DNA of 63,602 bases, filler included, from Globobulimina sp. (GCA_003354225.1; 38 parts of 38 records of this genome joined end to end with filler, not necessarily neighbours in it); one strand, 5' to 3'; positions 46,304 through 60,252 are shown, numbered from the whole stretch's first letter. Made by a program: numbers and translations. Notes: generated by a model from the letters alone, not told the origin.

Positions 46304-46361
46304 GAAGATGCTCGAGGAAAACAACTAAAAAAAAAAACTTTAGGTCAAAAATACATTCATC

Positions 46362-46852
46362 ATGCTTTCCTTCGTTTGTTTATTTTTTGCTGTGCGAGCA
46401 GTATTTAGTGGCCTTTTGCCTGCACCGCGGTCATTATATGTCAATCATAAACCAACGCACGAAGCGCATGGACCGATTGAACGTAAACATTTGCCGATTG
46501 TTGAGGTATTTGCAGCTGACGCAAGTGTTAAACTCCCTATATTTTCATGGCAATTATATGATGATGATGCAATTGGTGATGATTTGTACAATATTTCGCA
46601 AAAATATTATGAAATCGAATTGTATCACGAATATTATATTAGCAATGAGAACAATATCATTGACCGACAATTAATATGGAAATCCAATCAATTAGAATCG
46701 CGTCATCATTTTTGTAATTTGGACGAGTTAAACAAATTAAGTGCGGTAAATATCAATTTTGATCAATATAAATGGAAAATATTATCATATCGCGTCCGTT
46801 CAGCCTTACAACATAAAGATAAACCTGCATTAATTACAAAATGGTCCAACTT
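46362..46852 (+). CDS. Secreted protein resembling the N-terminus of GH78 alpha-L-rhamnosidases, partial
   Basis: Signal peptide, PIFSWQL, QKYYEIEL, IWKS, YRVRS, KWS. Confidence 0.55.
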
Positions 46853-47061
46853 NNNNNNNNNNNNNNNNNNNNNNNNNNNNNNNNNNNNNNNNNNNNTTAA
46901 TTAATTAANNNNNNNNNNNNNNNNNNNNNNNNNNNNNNNNNNNNNNNNNNNNCGGGTTTGGGCTTAAATGACTATGACAGCGATATGCAGGTTTGTCTGT
47001 ACTGTACCTTGATTTGTCTGCGTTTTTATGAGCAGAATGTTGCATTTCTGCACAGAGTGAG

Positions 47062-48527
47062 ATGAGTGCGACCCCACAACCCGCAGATATTCAAAATGCG
47101 ATCATCCAACAGTTTATCCCCAACGCCATCACATTGAACAGCAGCGCCATTCCAAACATGTCCATTCAAGCAATAAAGGAAGAGCCGAAACTGAATGCGA
47201 TCCAATGTGAGATATCCAATGATGCCGACGACGAAGTGTCATCTCCCGGAAGTATGTCGACCTCGACCGACAACGACACGGTGGGTGGCAGCGGCATAAA
47301 AACCTTAACTCCGACACCCCACAAACCCAACAATATCAGCACACAGAGGTCGTCGCAAATCATCATCCCTTCGCCGGTGGAACATCTGCGAAGCATCAAA
47401 GTGCATAATATGACGCCTACGGTGAAGAAAGTGCGCAAAAAAGCAAACAAACGGCAATCGTGGACCGACATCGCCATGGAGAAGATCGAGGTGTATGTGA
47501 ATCACGATGCTAATAATCGCGAATTCAAAATGATGCAACCCATCAATCAGCAGCAAGGCGTCCAAAATATGATTAAAGAGTACCGCAAATCGCTCGGTCA
47601 GAACGAGCTGAAGGATACGTTGGAGGTTTTAAGGAAGGAATTTGATGGCGACGAGGATGAGGATGAAGAGGACGAGGAAGAGGAAGAAGAAGAGGAGGAT
47701 GATATTATTGATGTGAATGAACAGTCTGACGATGAGTTTTTCGACGACGAGGAATTGCGGGCAGCTCAGGCCAAATATATGTCGTTCAACGGACAGAGCA
47801 TAGCAAGCAAACCAAAGCTGAACACCATGGACAGCAATGACACCACCTCATCGCGACAGGTCCTCAAAGAAAACAGCAGCAAGAACGCGTACCAAATATC
47901 CAACGATTACACCAAGAAAATCATCCACGAAGAATCGCGCAATCGGCGGGGCAGCAGCAACAAAAGCAACAGTAATCACAGCAAACACTCCCAACATTCC
48001 TCGCATCGCTCCCATCGCAGCAACCAAAGCAACAGCAATCACAGCAAACATTCGCATCATTCCAACCATCAACGAGACCGAGACAGAGACAGAGACCGCG
48101 ATGGTCGCAAAACAAACAAATTAGAATCGCAGTATGGTATATTAAGTAATTCGACCACCCGCTCCAATAAACGCAACCGCCGCAGCAGCGACTCTGAGAC
48201 CGGCCTAATCCGCAAATTTACGAATGACACCACGCCGTCCACCCATCGGCCGATGCAGCCCAACCACTATCAATACAGTAACAACTCCGTGCAGTCCAAG
48301 CACAGTCACAGACAGCACACCGACCGGCGTTTGGAGATGAAATATTATCACAGCAATTCCTCGCATTCGCGCTCCAGTTCGGACTTTATAGGCAGCCACA
48401 ATTTGAGTTATAAGCCGCCGCCAAATGGCAACGCCAATAATCAGCGCTATAACTACCAAATTGGAGCAGTGTACGATATGGAGGAGCAAAGTGACAATAA
48501 TTCCACCCATAGCTCGGCGAGGAAATA
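47062..48527 (+). CDS. Low-complexity (acidic tract, Ser/His/Asn-rich) protein, internal exon
   Basis: Long ORF preceded by a short GT-AG intron. Confidence 0.65.
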
Positions 48528-48627
48528 NNNNNNNNNNNNNNNNNNNNNNNNNNNNNNNNNNNNNNNNNNNNTTAATTAATTAANNNNNNNNNNNNNNNNN
48601 NNNNNNNNNNNNNNNNNNNNNNNNNNN

Positions 48628-49084
48628 ATCACTACATTTACACTCAATGTTTTTATCAATCCACCACCACATACAACAGATCGAAATAGTTAATTATATA
48701 TAATGCACATTGTTTTCATATTGTGTGGTATATATTGAGCGGAATAGATAGCTGCCCCCTTTTTTTGTTATTATATATAGTATGCTTTTGATTGTTTGTC
48801 AAAAGAAATGTATATAGCTGTCAGACGTGACCTGATTGCTGAAATTTTGTGATGTTCCTAACAAAGCGAATGAAATTAATATTAGATTTGCTTCATATAT
48901 TTCTGCGATATTTACCGTTATAGCATTGATTTACGCGTTAATTATGACTGAACCAGCACTAATCGCAGAGAAATATCGACAAGAGTTGGGATATGAAAAC
49001 AATGTGCATTATATATAATTAACTATTTCGATCTGTTGTATGTGGTGGTGGATTGATAAAAACATTGAGTGTAAATGTAGTGAT
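48628..49084. repeat. Perfect 94-bp inverted repeat (48628-48721 / 48991-49084)
   Basis: Exact reverse complement starting at the contig edge; probable amplification foldback. Confidence 0.85.
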
Positions 49085-49751
49085 GATGAAAAATTGTTTT
49101 GTGTTGTTTTGTGTTGTTTTGTATAATTATCAAGGATTAGTCTGTACATATATCATTATAAAGACACAATATCATCTTGAGTGATATTTGAATGGTAATT
49201 GACATAATAAAATGTGTTTGATTTTCACCATTATATAATATATATTTGTTTCTTTTGTTAATAAATCATAATGGATAGTTTCATTTAATACATCGTTGGG
49301 TATATTACCAAAAACTTTAACACTTTTTGAAACATTCAACATACTATCCTATACTATCCTATACTAATACAAATCTAGCACATTTGTGAAGTCAACATAT
49401 CAATCTCCAAAGGACTATTATTGTTCGTCTCGCTTTATTCTCAGGTGGTAGTTATCTCACATTAATTAAAGTCGAATTGGAACTGAAACAGATACAACTG
49501 ACACATGGATGAATCTGCTCCATATTCAAACGGATTGATTTCAAGTTTAGCATTTATGATTAATATACGAAACATATTTAAACCACATTCTCTAGAAAAA
49601 CAGAGCAAATCCTGTACAATATTACTATTTAAATATTACGCAAGAAATAAAAGAGAAATATGCAGAGTCACTGTCAGTATCCACTTGCTGTGAAAGTACA
49701 ATTAATAATGGCGAATCGATAAATAATTGGTACAATAATACAATCATTTCA

Positions 49752-50202
49752 ATGGATAATATCAATGTTTATTGTGACCAATCATCATTGGATACGATTT
49801 TATATATTTTATATCAAAAGAGAGGAAATGCAAATTTGCTCGATTCTGTGGATGAAACCATTTTGTGTCCAGATCAAAGTAAATCATATCTCAACTTACA
49901 AAAATATGTCAATGGTGAATATATAATTGGTGTCGGTGGCTATGCGTTAGATAAAGGACCGTATTTTATTCAAACAAAATGTAATCATTATTCGTTTCCT
50001 ATCACAGAACAACAATTTGATCCATCCACAAAGACTAGTAATGTGTCTTTAGAATGCGACACAATGTTAAAAAATCAACAACTAACTCAAACGGAACCAG
50101 TCACATATTATAAATTGAATATTACACAAAACACATATTTACCAATTAATATTTTAGCGTTTCCAAACAGTAATAATAGCTTCACACCGTATATATATTT
50201 GA
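49752..50202 (+). CDS. Hypothetical extracellular protein fragment
   Basis: Open frame with DTILYI and GEYIIGVGGY beta-rich motifs. Confidence 0.4.
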
Positions 50203-50302
50203 NNNNNNNNNNNNNNNNNNNNNNNNNNNNNNNNNNNNNNNNNNNNTTAATTAATTAANNNNNNNNNNNNNNNNNNNNNNNNNNNNNNNNNNNNNNNNNN
50301 NN

Positions 50303-51829
50303 GTCTCCAAACCGTGCCTATGTTTATAATTCAAATGGATGTGGATCTCAGCCTGCGTGGTATGTGGACTATGTGCAAATCTATTATAAGTTTGGATGAG
50401 TTTCTACAATATATCACATGAAAGGGAATGTTCTCAACCAATGCCATTGCCATTACCAACATTTACAATCGCAGAAGCAGTGAATAAATACAATAAATTA
50501 TATGAACCAAGCAAGCCATACATCAGCTCAATATTTGGCAAATGGCATTTAGGAAACTTTTTTAATAAATCCACAGGACATAGCAATGTGAGTAGGCCTG
50601 ACCAGCATGGATTTGATCATTGGTTTTGTACCGAAGCCTCAGCGCCGAGCTGTACGCCAAATTGTGGGTGTTTCCCACCACCATATGATTCGTGCATCAC
50701 TGGCCATTATAATCTAAGCAAGCCGTGGTGTACTAATTATTGGTTTGCAGACAATTTGACCGCCACCGGCGTAATGAATGTATCCTACAGAATCAATGGG
50801 AGTCAATCTGTCGACGCAGTATTCATCATTGATCACTTTGAAAGTTGGTTAGATGGCATAGATTTGAGTAAGAATAATATTCTGGTTATGCTATGGCTGC
50901 ATTCTGTGCATAATCCATGGACAGCTACACCAGAATGGAGAGCTGGCTGTGCCAATGGTACTCATTGTAATATTTCCAGATTTGCTGGCAAAGGACAACC
51001 TACTTCGGAGCAGTTGGACTATTTTGGCGATGTTGCTTCCATGGATACGCAGATTGGACGGGTTCGCAAGATATTGCAAACTAAAAATATTGCGCAGAAC
51101 ACATATTTATATTTTACTTCTGATAACGGGCCAGGTACAGCAATATGTGCTGCATAATTGGTGTGTATGCAGTAAATATATAATTTGATTGGAATGAAAT
51201 AAACAGAACCAACAGGCTCCGCTGCTGCGGGTATACCGCATTGGGGCAATGAACAGTGGCCAGGTTCGACCAATGGTTTTCGAGGAAGGAAAGGAGATGT
51301 TTGGGAGGGCGGAATTCGCGAAGCAACGATCATTGAATGGCCAGATGTGATAAAGTATAATAAATTGAGTGCGTTTCCCATTGTTACTTATGATTTGTTA
51401 CCGACAATAATGGATATTTTAAATGTAACCTCGGATAATGAGTATGTTGTTGATGGGGAAACATTGTATCCAATGTTATTAAGCAACGGCGAGATGACGA
51501 ATCGTACAAAGAATATGGGCTGGATACTCAACAAAGGAGCTGCGTATCAAACAAATGAATGGAAAATTGTTAATAATTCGGCACATTGCAATAAAACAAA
51601 GGGTGAATGTGCTCCGGCTTTGTATAATATAATAAGTGATCCTTTTGAACTATATAATGTTACTAAAGCAAACCTGGATTTATATGTTAAATTAATGGCG
51701 GAGTTTATTGAATGGCAAAATAGTGTTGGAAGCTCACAAATTAATGAAAGTGGATGTGGCGTAAATAATGTTTACTTTAATAACCACGGGGAATCTGACT
51801 TTGATAGAATGTTGTACTACTACTACTAA
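50303..51829 (+). CDS. Arylsulfatase, 5'-partial, with intron near 51135-51226
   Basis: FGKWHLG, GFDHW, MDTQIGR, FTSDNGP, FRGRKGDVWEGGIR, DLLPTI, LYNIISDPFE. Confidence 0.92.
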
Positions 51830-52257
51830 GCATAGTTTATTTAAAACTTTTACAGTCGACACATCTGTCGACAAGCANNNNNNNNNNNNNNNNNNNNNNN
51901 NNNNNNNNNNNNNNNNNNNNNTTAATTAATTAANNNNNNNNNNNNNNNNNNNNNNNNNNNNNNNNNNNNNNNNNNNNGGAAAAAGGAATTGAATTAATGC
52001 GGATTGAATATGCCATAAATGAAGGTGCCAAAACGACGCGGTTGTATAGGATGCGGCTTTATGGCGATCCACATCTCAATTGAATGAGCTTTGCAAATAT
52101 GTTATTTAAAGTGTATCTATTATTTTATTTATACTAATACATAGTTTATCGATATATCACCCCCGTTCGGATACCCCCTCTCCCCTTGAATAAAATGTGG
52201 TTATCTTTCATTTTGACAAAGCAAAGTACAGTACACTCAAAGTATACTCAATGTCAA

Positions 52258-53552
52258 ATGAATTTAGAGTGTAATTGCATCCCGCGCCGTGTGGGTGTAG
52301 TGGATCGATATGTACCAATCTTAGAAAATCCTGTGAATAAAATCCTAATATTAGGAAGTGGTTCGGTAGGGAAATCTGCTGTATTTAAATCAATCAGACG
52401 CATTCACATCGATCATTTAAGTGATGCAGAACTATGTGAAGGTCGGAGCGTTATCAGACAAAACTTGGTTGCTGGAATATTAACATTATTAAAGAAATCA
52501 CAAGAACTATTTGAAAGTTACAATGAATTTGATGAGGAATATAACAATACAGATGCTATCATTCATGGTTATGAAGGATTGGCAGATAGAAATTTATTGA
52601 AATGCTGGGTAGAGTTTACTGATGACATTATGAGAAACATACAATTGATTGTAAATTATGGCAGTGAATCATTTGCGCAGGTTTTGGATTATAATGACAT
52701 TGCACATTTAGGAGTTGCAATTCATGAAATATGGAATCTATTACCTGTGCAACAAACGTTTTTACTTCGATTGAAAAGATATTACTCCTTTGTAGAAAAT
52801 ATGGATTACTTTTTCGATAAAAGTGTCGATACAATGTCAGAGACTTATATCCCAACAGAAGAAGATATGCAGAAACTAAGGGTAAGAACTACAGGATCTA
52901 TAGACTATCAATACGAAGATGATAAAAATAATACATTTCAAATAATGTATGTGATGATAACATATGTAAACCAATAATGTACAAACAACCGCTGATCCAA
53001 TAATAAAATGTGTTTGTTCCTTTTATTATATTCCTTTTATTATTTGATAAACTCAGCTGTTTGTGCATTGATGTTTGATTACGATGTAACTTAAGAGATG
53101 TTGGTGGAGAACGAAATGAACGCAAAAAATGGATTCATAGCTTTGAGAATGTAGCCTGTGTATTGTATGTAACTGCATTGGATCAATTTTGTAAATCTTT
53201 GTTTGAAGATGAAAAGCAAATTGGTTTATTGGAGAGTTTGGATTTATTTTATGAGATTTGTAACAGGAAATGGTTTAGAAAAAGTGTAATTGTATTATTG
53301 CTCAATAGAACGGATTTATTCCGTAGCAGTTTGGCCATAACTCCATTAACATTTTGTTTTGGAGAGGAGTATAAAGGCCGGAATTTTTGTGATCAAATTA
53401 CTGATGCAAATGATGTAAAATCTGCATTAAGCCTTGTCACAAAAATATTGATTTATTTTATTGATTTGGACAATAATAAAAAAGATAGTACATTTAATAT
53501 ACCACGGGATGTGATACAAATCATTGGCAGATATATACATGAATTGCGGGAA
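52258..53552 (+). CDS. Divergent heterotrimeric G-protein alpha subunit; intron 52947-53095; partial
   Basis: KILILGSGSVGKS, RVRTTG, DVGGERNERKKWIHSFENV, LLLNRTDLF. Confidence 0.9.
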
Positions 53553-53652
53553 NNNNNNNNNNNNNNNNNNNNNNNNNNNNNNNNNNNNNNNNNNNNTTAA
53601 TTAATTAANNNNNNNNNNNNNNNNNNNNNNNNNNNNNNNNNNNNNNNNNNNN

Positions 53653-55227
53653 TAGTCTGTGCAGAAGAGGTCCGCTTAGATTTCATATTATCATCTAACC
53701 GTAATTTCAATTGCTTGGTGATATATCCATCAATGATCTCTTTATTCGCTTTTTTATGCCATAATAATTGGAATAAATGCGCACCAAACATGGTGCTGAT
53801 ATTTGCATCAATATCACATTCAATCAAACTGGTCGCTTTATAGCATTTTAAATACGCTGAATATACCAGCTTTGTCTCAGTGGTTAATCCGTATTCAATG
53901 TCTCGTTCATTTTCCATAATTTGTTTCAATGATTCAGAGGATACTTCACTTTTTATCATGCTCTCAGCGCCATATTCTTTCGTCCAGACACTGCAAATTA
54001 TCGCTTTCACAATTTCATCCAACACATTATGGCTGGATTTCATATGCAATGCGTAGCTTAAATGGGTTAAATTTATGCTACAATTTTTATTTTTTAAAAT
54101 CTGTTTAAATAACGATAAAACCTCACGGCGTAATTTAAAACTGCCGAACTTAAATACTTTAAATAAGACATTAAACCATTGGGCACTGTCATAGCTGGAT
54201 ATTTGTTTTCGTGCCAAATGGTGCTCTTTCTCATCATCCTGCAACTTATCATCGTCATCTTTTGGTTGTGGCACATTGTCCATGCCATCCATTTTGAAAA
54301 AAAATGGTGCAACCAAGGAATGATTGGAAAACAACATAGATAATAAATGCAATGCTTTATAAGCAAACAAATGCACACAATCCAAGGCACTGTTTTTTAT
54401 TTCAAATTTGTGTGCATAAATCTCCATAATCTGAGACTTTGATAATGGCATAAAATAATGTCGAATATCCCTAATCATTCCATCAAATACATGTCGACAC
54501 ACAATGCTTTGTGCACTATCCCCTTCCAGCTGTGTCCTGGATAATTTGTTGCATAGTTTGCCGATGTTATAAAATTGCGTAGGTGGCGGACATATGCCTC
54601 CTTTAAATGTCATTTCTCGACAATAATCGCCATTTATTACAATGCATATTTTATTATCTCGCAAAGTAACCACAATATGCCACCATTTACCAAAACATTC
54701 GCTCGTTTTTGCAGGTAATGGGCATAACAATTCGACGATTTCATTTGCTTTATTCGCTGCTATAATGCTAAAGGATACAGCTATGGAAGGATGAGAGCCC
54801 ACAAATAATATCGCTGGATGCATATGACCCTTTTTTCCGCGATAAATTAACTGTTTTCCCCAGGCACATCGCATTATCTTTGTATCGCGAGGTTTAATCC
54901 AAAACGAGATACTAAAATTGTACACAACTGACGGTGCATCAAACGCATTTAATAACGTAATCGAATCTGATTTCTTCTCATTTGCATCCAATGCCGGTGA
55001 GCTTTGATGACTGTTTGGTTTCAATATATTTGCTTTTGATAATGCTAAATATCGCCCTTGAATAAGTAAATTCTGTCTCGTTGTGTCTATATAGGCTCTA
55101 TGCGGTGATTTATCCCCAACCGATGTCTCATTACCTAAAATAACCAGTGGTTCCTGTACTAAATCATCGATTTTAATATCCATGAATATCGATGGTTTAT
55201 CAATGGCGAGATTTAAATTCAATGATT
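53653..55227 (-). CDS. Large protein fragment with LamG/concanavalin-A-like domain
   Basis: FSISFWIKP, GKWWHIVVT, IVING, FDGMIRDIR. Confidence 0.75.
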
Positions 55228-55586
55228 NNNNNNNNNNNNNNNNNNNNNNNNNNNNNNNNNNNNNNNNNNNNTTAATTAATTAANNNNNNNNNNNNNNNNN
55301 NNNNNNNNNNNNNNNNNNNNNNNNNNNGGTATGTAAACGCACTAAACTGTACGCTTCCTATTGCTATGAAATCACCGCATCACACACTTGTTACACAACA
55401 CAAAAGGTTGCGTTGGTGGTCGGGATAATCACTTTAATGTTAACTCACGAACGGAGTCTATTATCCACAATGAAAACAAGTTATGAATTTATGAAGGAAC
55501 TCTCGGAAGGTTACCATGCTGGGTATGACCATTGCACTCAATTTATGAATTTTATTTTATGATTTGTTTAATTAGCAAATATAAAT

Positions 55587-56902
55587 ATGAAAATTACAAA
55601 TAACTCACTCAGAATCGCTGAAATTGTGCGAAAAACGGGTGGTTCCGCCGAAATGGATAAACAATTAAGTGAGTTTGTGCAAACAATGCATGCATTGCCA
55701 TGGCGCCAACTGAGAGAACGCATCGACCAGCAACAATTAGAAGAATTATTCAAAGTGTTGGTGAATGTGCCGCAAACCATTGACAAGGCTCAGGACATGG
55801 CATGGAGTGTTTGTGTCGCTCTAAGAAGAATATTCGGTCTTACTGCTGATTATTGTATCCCTTCGGAAAGACATGCACCTTCGAAGATCATTGTTGATTT
55901 TAAGGATCCAAACGGCGCTTTGTATGCACAACATGCACATTTGATGTTTGATTTGAAAGGGGAATATTTGGAGAAAGGTTTATCAGAATGTGTTGAGAAT
56001 TGGCATAAACAAATACAAGATCAAATTGTCAACTTACTGCCAATAAATGGTGACAGGAATAGATTACCCGATGATACCACATTGAATTATTATAAATCCT
56101 TATCATCACTGATTGCGATTAAACCGCGCGTATTTGAGAAATTGATGATTCATCAATATAACCAGGAGGTGAATATTTGGTCAACCTTGTTTGGAATAGA
56201 TATTATGTTAATTAATAGATTTGTTCTGCACAATGATCCTGATTGGCATATTGATTTTGTTCAAATCGCAAATATACAAACATTCCCGATGGATGTGGTT
56301 ATTTACAATCCAACAGATATTACAGCGACTACTCCAAATATCCATATTCTGGTAAAAAGTAAGTAAACTATATATATATTCTTTTTTTTTCTGCAATCAA
56401 TGTTGTTTGTGTTATAACAGCGATTAAAGTCAGAGATCCAGTGTTTGATATGTTTTCTGAATTTCATATTTTTGCAGCAGAGCAACGTGTGTTGAATGAT
56501 ACTGAACGGCTACAAACGTACCGTTCGATAGAATACACACATATTGATTCGCCTTTTATTCGTCCAGATCAAACTCATAAATTTTTCAAACGAGATCAAG
56601 CGAGAAAGAAAACTATCACAATGGATAGAGTCAGAAAGCAATGGACAGTCAAAATTAAATCTGACACTGAATGTTCATTTAAAGCATCGATGGACAAACC
56701 ATTGCATAAGAAAACATCGTGGCAATTTTGTAAGGAAACACAAGAAGAAGTACCTCCCATCATTTTTTTTGATGAAATTAAAGTTATGATTGCAGACAAT
56801 AGCGATGCGTCTGGCACGTATAAACTAAATGATAATCCATTTGAAATTGGGTATTTTGCTCAATATGATCCAAATACAAATTTGATATTTGTAATGAAAA
56901 AA
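55587..56902 (+). CDS. Hypothetical multi-exon protein fragment
   Basis: Two long ORFs separated by a short GT-AG intron near 56358-56420. Confidence 0.55.
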
Positions 56903-57002
56903 NNNNNNNNNNNNNNNNNNNNNNNNNNNNNNNNNNNNNNNNNNNNTTAATTAATTAANNNNNNNNNNNNNNNNNNNNNNNNNNNNNNNNNNNNNNNNNN
57001 NN

Positions 57003-58046
57003 ATGGATTGGTTGGGTTGCTTACATTTTACAACCTGTATATTATCTGTATTCATTGCTTGGTTATTCCCCATTTTAGCATTACTTACAAGACAATATGC
57101 TCTTTTTCCATATGTAACCTCTGCTTTGTATCTATTTGTATTTTTATTTGTTGTAACTGGGCTGTACCATAGTTTGCGGCCGACATGGTCTTACATCAAT
57201 ATTCATATGCAATCAGATTGTAGCAACAAAGAAAAAACAGATTCAAATCAATATCCGTTAACAAAATGTGACACAAATGTATACAAAGCACACTCGTTGA
57301 TACAAAACGATAATTGCAACTCGTTGATAATATGTCAAATTGCCGATCCTCATATTGGACCTTTAATGACAGTGCAAAGATTGAAGAAGCTCTGTACTGA
57401 AATCGTATTGAAAGAGCCAGATCTTGTATTATTAACTGGTGATTATTTCACTGCAGAGGCACATTGCGATGGTATTTTGGTCGATGCATTATCGCCATTA
57501 AGAGATATTGCTAAGAAATGCTTTGCCTGTCTGGGTAATCATGATATGGAATCTGGAGTGGTTCAACAACGAACCCTTCGTGAAATAAAATCGTTGGGAA
57601 TTATGGTATTGAGAGATGACAGTTTTATATTTAAATCAAGAATAGGACCGATACAAATCATTGGATATGATTATTGCGACTGGAGATATGATGGGCGTGG
57701 TGCTCTAATGCGCAAAGTGTTGGTAAGAGATAACTGTCCCACTCACTGTTTAAATCGAAGGATTGTGTTATTGCATGATCCGGGTGCATTTAAGGAGTTT
57801 GTCGGTGATGAGAGTTTGATGGTATTCAGTGGACATACACATGGTGGACATGTCGGATTTGTTCATTTTGGCATAAATTTTACTTTTCTCCGATGGGTTA
57901 CTGGTTTACCGGATAATGGATTATGGGCAAAAGGAAATTGTCACTTGTATGTTCATAAAGGACAAGGTTCGCGAGCGTTGATGGGGAACTATGTGATTCG
58001 TTGCGGTGTTCCAACTGAACAATCCTGTGTTAGAGTGACTTGGTGA
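57003..58046 (+). CDS. Transmembrane metallophosphoesterase (YkuE/TMPPE-like)
   Basis: ADPH, LTGD, LGNHD, LLHDP, SGHTHGG. Confidence 0.92.
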   Translation: MDWLGCLHFTTCILSVFIAWLFPILALLTRQYALFPYVTSALYLFVFLFVVTGLYHSLRPTWSYINIHMQSDCSNKEKTDSNQYPLTKCDTNVYKAHSLIQNDNCNSLIICQIADPHIGPLMTVQRLKKLCTEIVLKEPDLVLLTGDYFTAEAHCDGILVDALSPLRDIAKKCFACLGNHDMESGVVQQRTLREIKSLGIMVLRDDSFIFKSRIGPIQIIGYDYCDWRYDGRGALMRKVLVRDNCPTHCLNRRIVLLHDPGAFKEFVGDESLMVFSGHTHGGHVGFVHFGINFTFLRWVTGLPDNGLWAKGNCHLYVHKGQGSRALMGNYVIRCGVPTEQSCVRVTW

Positions 58047-58106
58047 AATGCATAATTAAAGCAGCAAAAAGATTTCATAAACTTAGTAAAACGTAGTAAA
58101 CTATAC

Positions 58107-58577
58107 ATGGCAGAGCAAATTCCATCTTCCCACCTCAATGATGAACTATTTGCATTTGAGACAAAAAACTGTTGCAATACACCAAAGGCGCGGAGAATAT
58201 TATTCATACTGTACGATATATTTTCATTCATTGTGTCATTATTGGATCTTATCACTGATATAATAGTGTTGATCAATTTTTATATTTTAGGAAGAATGAC
58301 TTTTTTTTACGCATCGCTATCCATACTACTTTTAGCTCAGTTACTGTATGTAATTGTATTTATGCTGCGATTTTCCAAAGCCATCGATGGCTGGAAATCT
58401 GGTGTCATTATATTTGTTTTGTTGCTGCCATTTGCTCCGATTTTATCCATTATACTCTATTTTGCAATGGCGGATGAAACTTGTTTAGCGACGTTTATTG
58501 AACAACTTTTCGAAAACGTTAAATGTGACTGCACCGCGACCGGCAATTCTCATTCGATGCGGAATAAAAAAAAGGCA
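58107..58577 (+). CDS. XK-related-like multi-pass membrane protein, 3'-partial
   Basis: LLDLITDIIVLINFY...FFYASLSIL hydrophobic pattern. Confidence 0.55.
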
Positions 58578-58786
58578 NNNNNNNNNNNNNNNNNNNNNNN
58601 NNNNNNNNNNNNNNNNNNNNNTTAATTAATTAANNNNNNNNNNNNNNNNNNNNNNNNNNNNNNNNNNNNNNNNNNNNTTTATGGCATGTGGAATACATAC
58701 TGATAATTTTTTATCTGAGAAAATACTCGCTTCTTGAGCCATGATAAGAGTGTAGACAGTGACAAAAAACTCTCTTTACAAGGAAA

Positions 58787-60252
58787 TCAAAAACTTTCTG
58801 GGCATGTAATTCGATGATAACAATGAACTCTTTCATTGGTATATTGTGGCAAACGAATGCTGGTATTTTGTAACCACAAATCAATAATTTCACCATCCAC
58901 TCTGCACCAAGCCGCACTCAACATTTTATTTACTTTGATCTTTTCCTGTTTTATAGGTATTCCATAATCATATTGACTGTCATGATCCTGATATTTTAAC
59001 ATTAACTCCCTTTCTTTGACATGTTTGCAAAACCAAAACAAAACGCTGTCCATCATAGCAGTTTTTTGACTCACTTTAACAAACAATCGTTCCCATCGCA
59101 TATCCTTATTAATATTTGTTGGATTCCATGGTCTTTTATATTTATCAGCCCCTTCAAATACGGTCACTTCCTTCCAATTCGATGTCACTAATTCATTCAA
59201 TACAATTTCTTTGCTTATTTTCAATTGACGCCCTTCATTTATCTCTATTTCACCAACCAATAAATCAAAATGCGTCGATGGAGCCACATCGGGCCCATAC
59301 ATTACCCATTGCTGATCCAGTCGTAATAGCTCACCAATGTTCCCACCATCCGGTTTAGCAAATAATCGCAATTGAGAGTCGCCCAAATTACTCATAACTA
59401 AATATATTAAAAAAAATATACTTACACACTGGTTGAATTTGGTTGGAATGGGACTCAATAAACAAATATCTTTGGATGAACGTATCAATCCAATATTGGA
59501 TCTTTCTTCTTTTGATATGATTGGAATATCCCATAACAATGAATGCTCTGTCTCTATAATCTCGGAGTTATTGTCATTTCGTTGCGGATTGGAAACATTT
59601 TCAAACATTTTCAAACTCCGCGCACTCTGAATAATTAATCCACGGATTTTAAGTTTCATTGTATTTAAAATGGGTGTTTTTATGATAAGTTTTTCAAATA
59701 AATCCCAAAACGACGATGGAATGAATAATACCATGGATGCCGCTGCAGATAAACCAATGTTTTCGATACGAATAAATATATTAAAACCAATTTGTATGGC
59801 ATATAAAATGAGTAATATTAATATTTTTATATAATCCCATTTTATGAGCAATATTGCGATGGGCAAAACAGTTTCCATTACGATGGTAATTCGACATAAT
59901 AAAAATGTAAAGAATGGATATCCCGCTAAATACATTCCGAAATCAGTACTCATTGTATATGCTGCCATGGCGTTGTGAACTGCACTGCATTTATGCCAAT
60001 ACCATGTTTGTTGTGAACCATTCAAACGGTTTAACATTATAAATGGATAAATTATCATTGACTGGATCAATATGGCCGCCGTTGCATAGGAACGAACAAT
60101 TGAATATTTATGCGATCTCATTGGTAATTCATTTGTTTTATTGCTATTTCCCTTCTTCTTCTTATTTTGTTTGTTATTTTTTGCAATAAACATTGCTAAG
60201 CATGGTTTACGTTTATTTTCCATATGCCCAGCACCGAGTGAGGCGCAGGTAC
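58787..60252 (-). CDS. HTTM-domain membrane protein, 5'-partial
   Basis: ATAAILIQSMIIY, TDFGMYL, VMETVLP, FIPSSFWD, LRLDQQWVMYGP. Confidence 0.7.

Noticed and set aside
48628-49084. 94-bp inverted repeat as a transposon with long TIRs
   Set aside because: It is perfect, starts at the contig edge and duplicates a gene 3' end; typical of an amplification foldback chimera.
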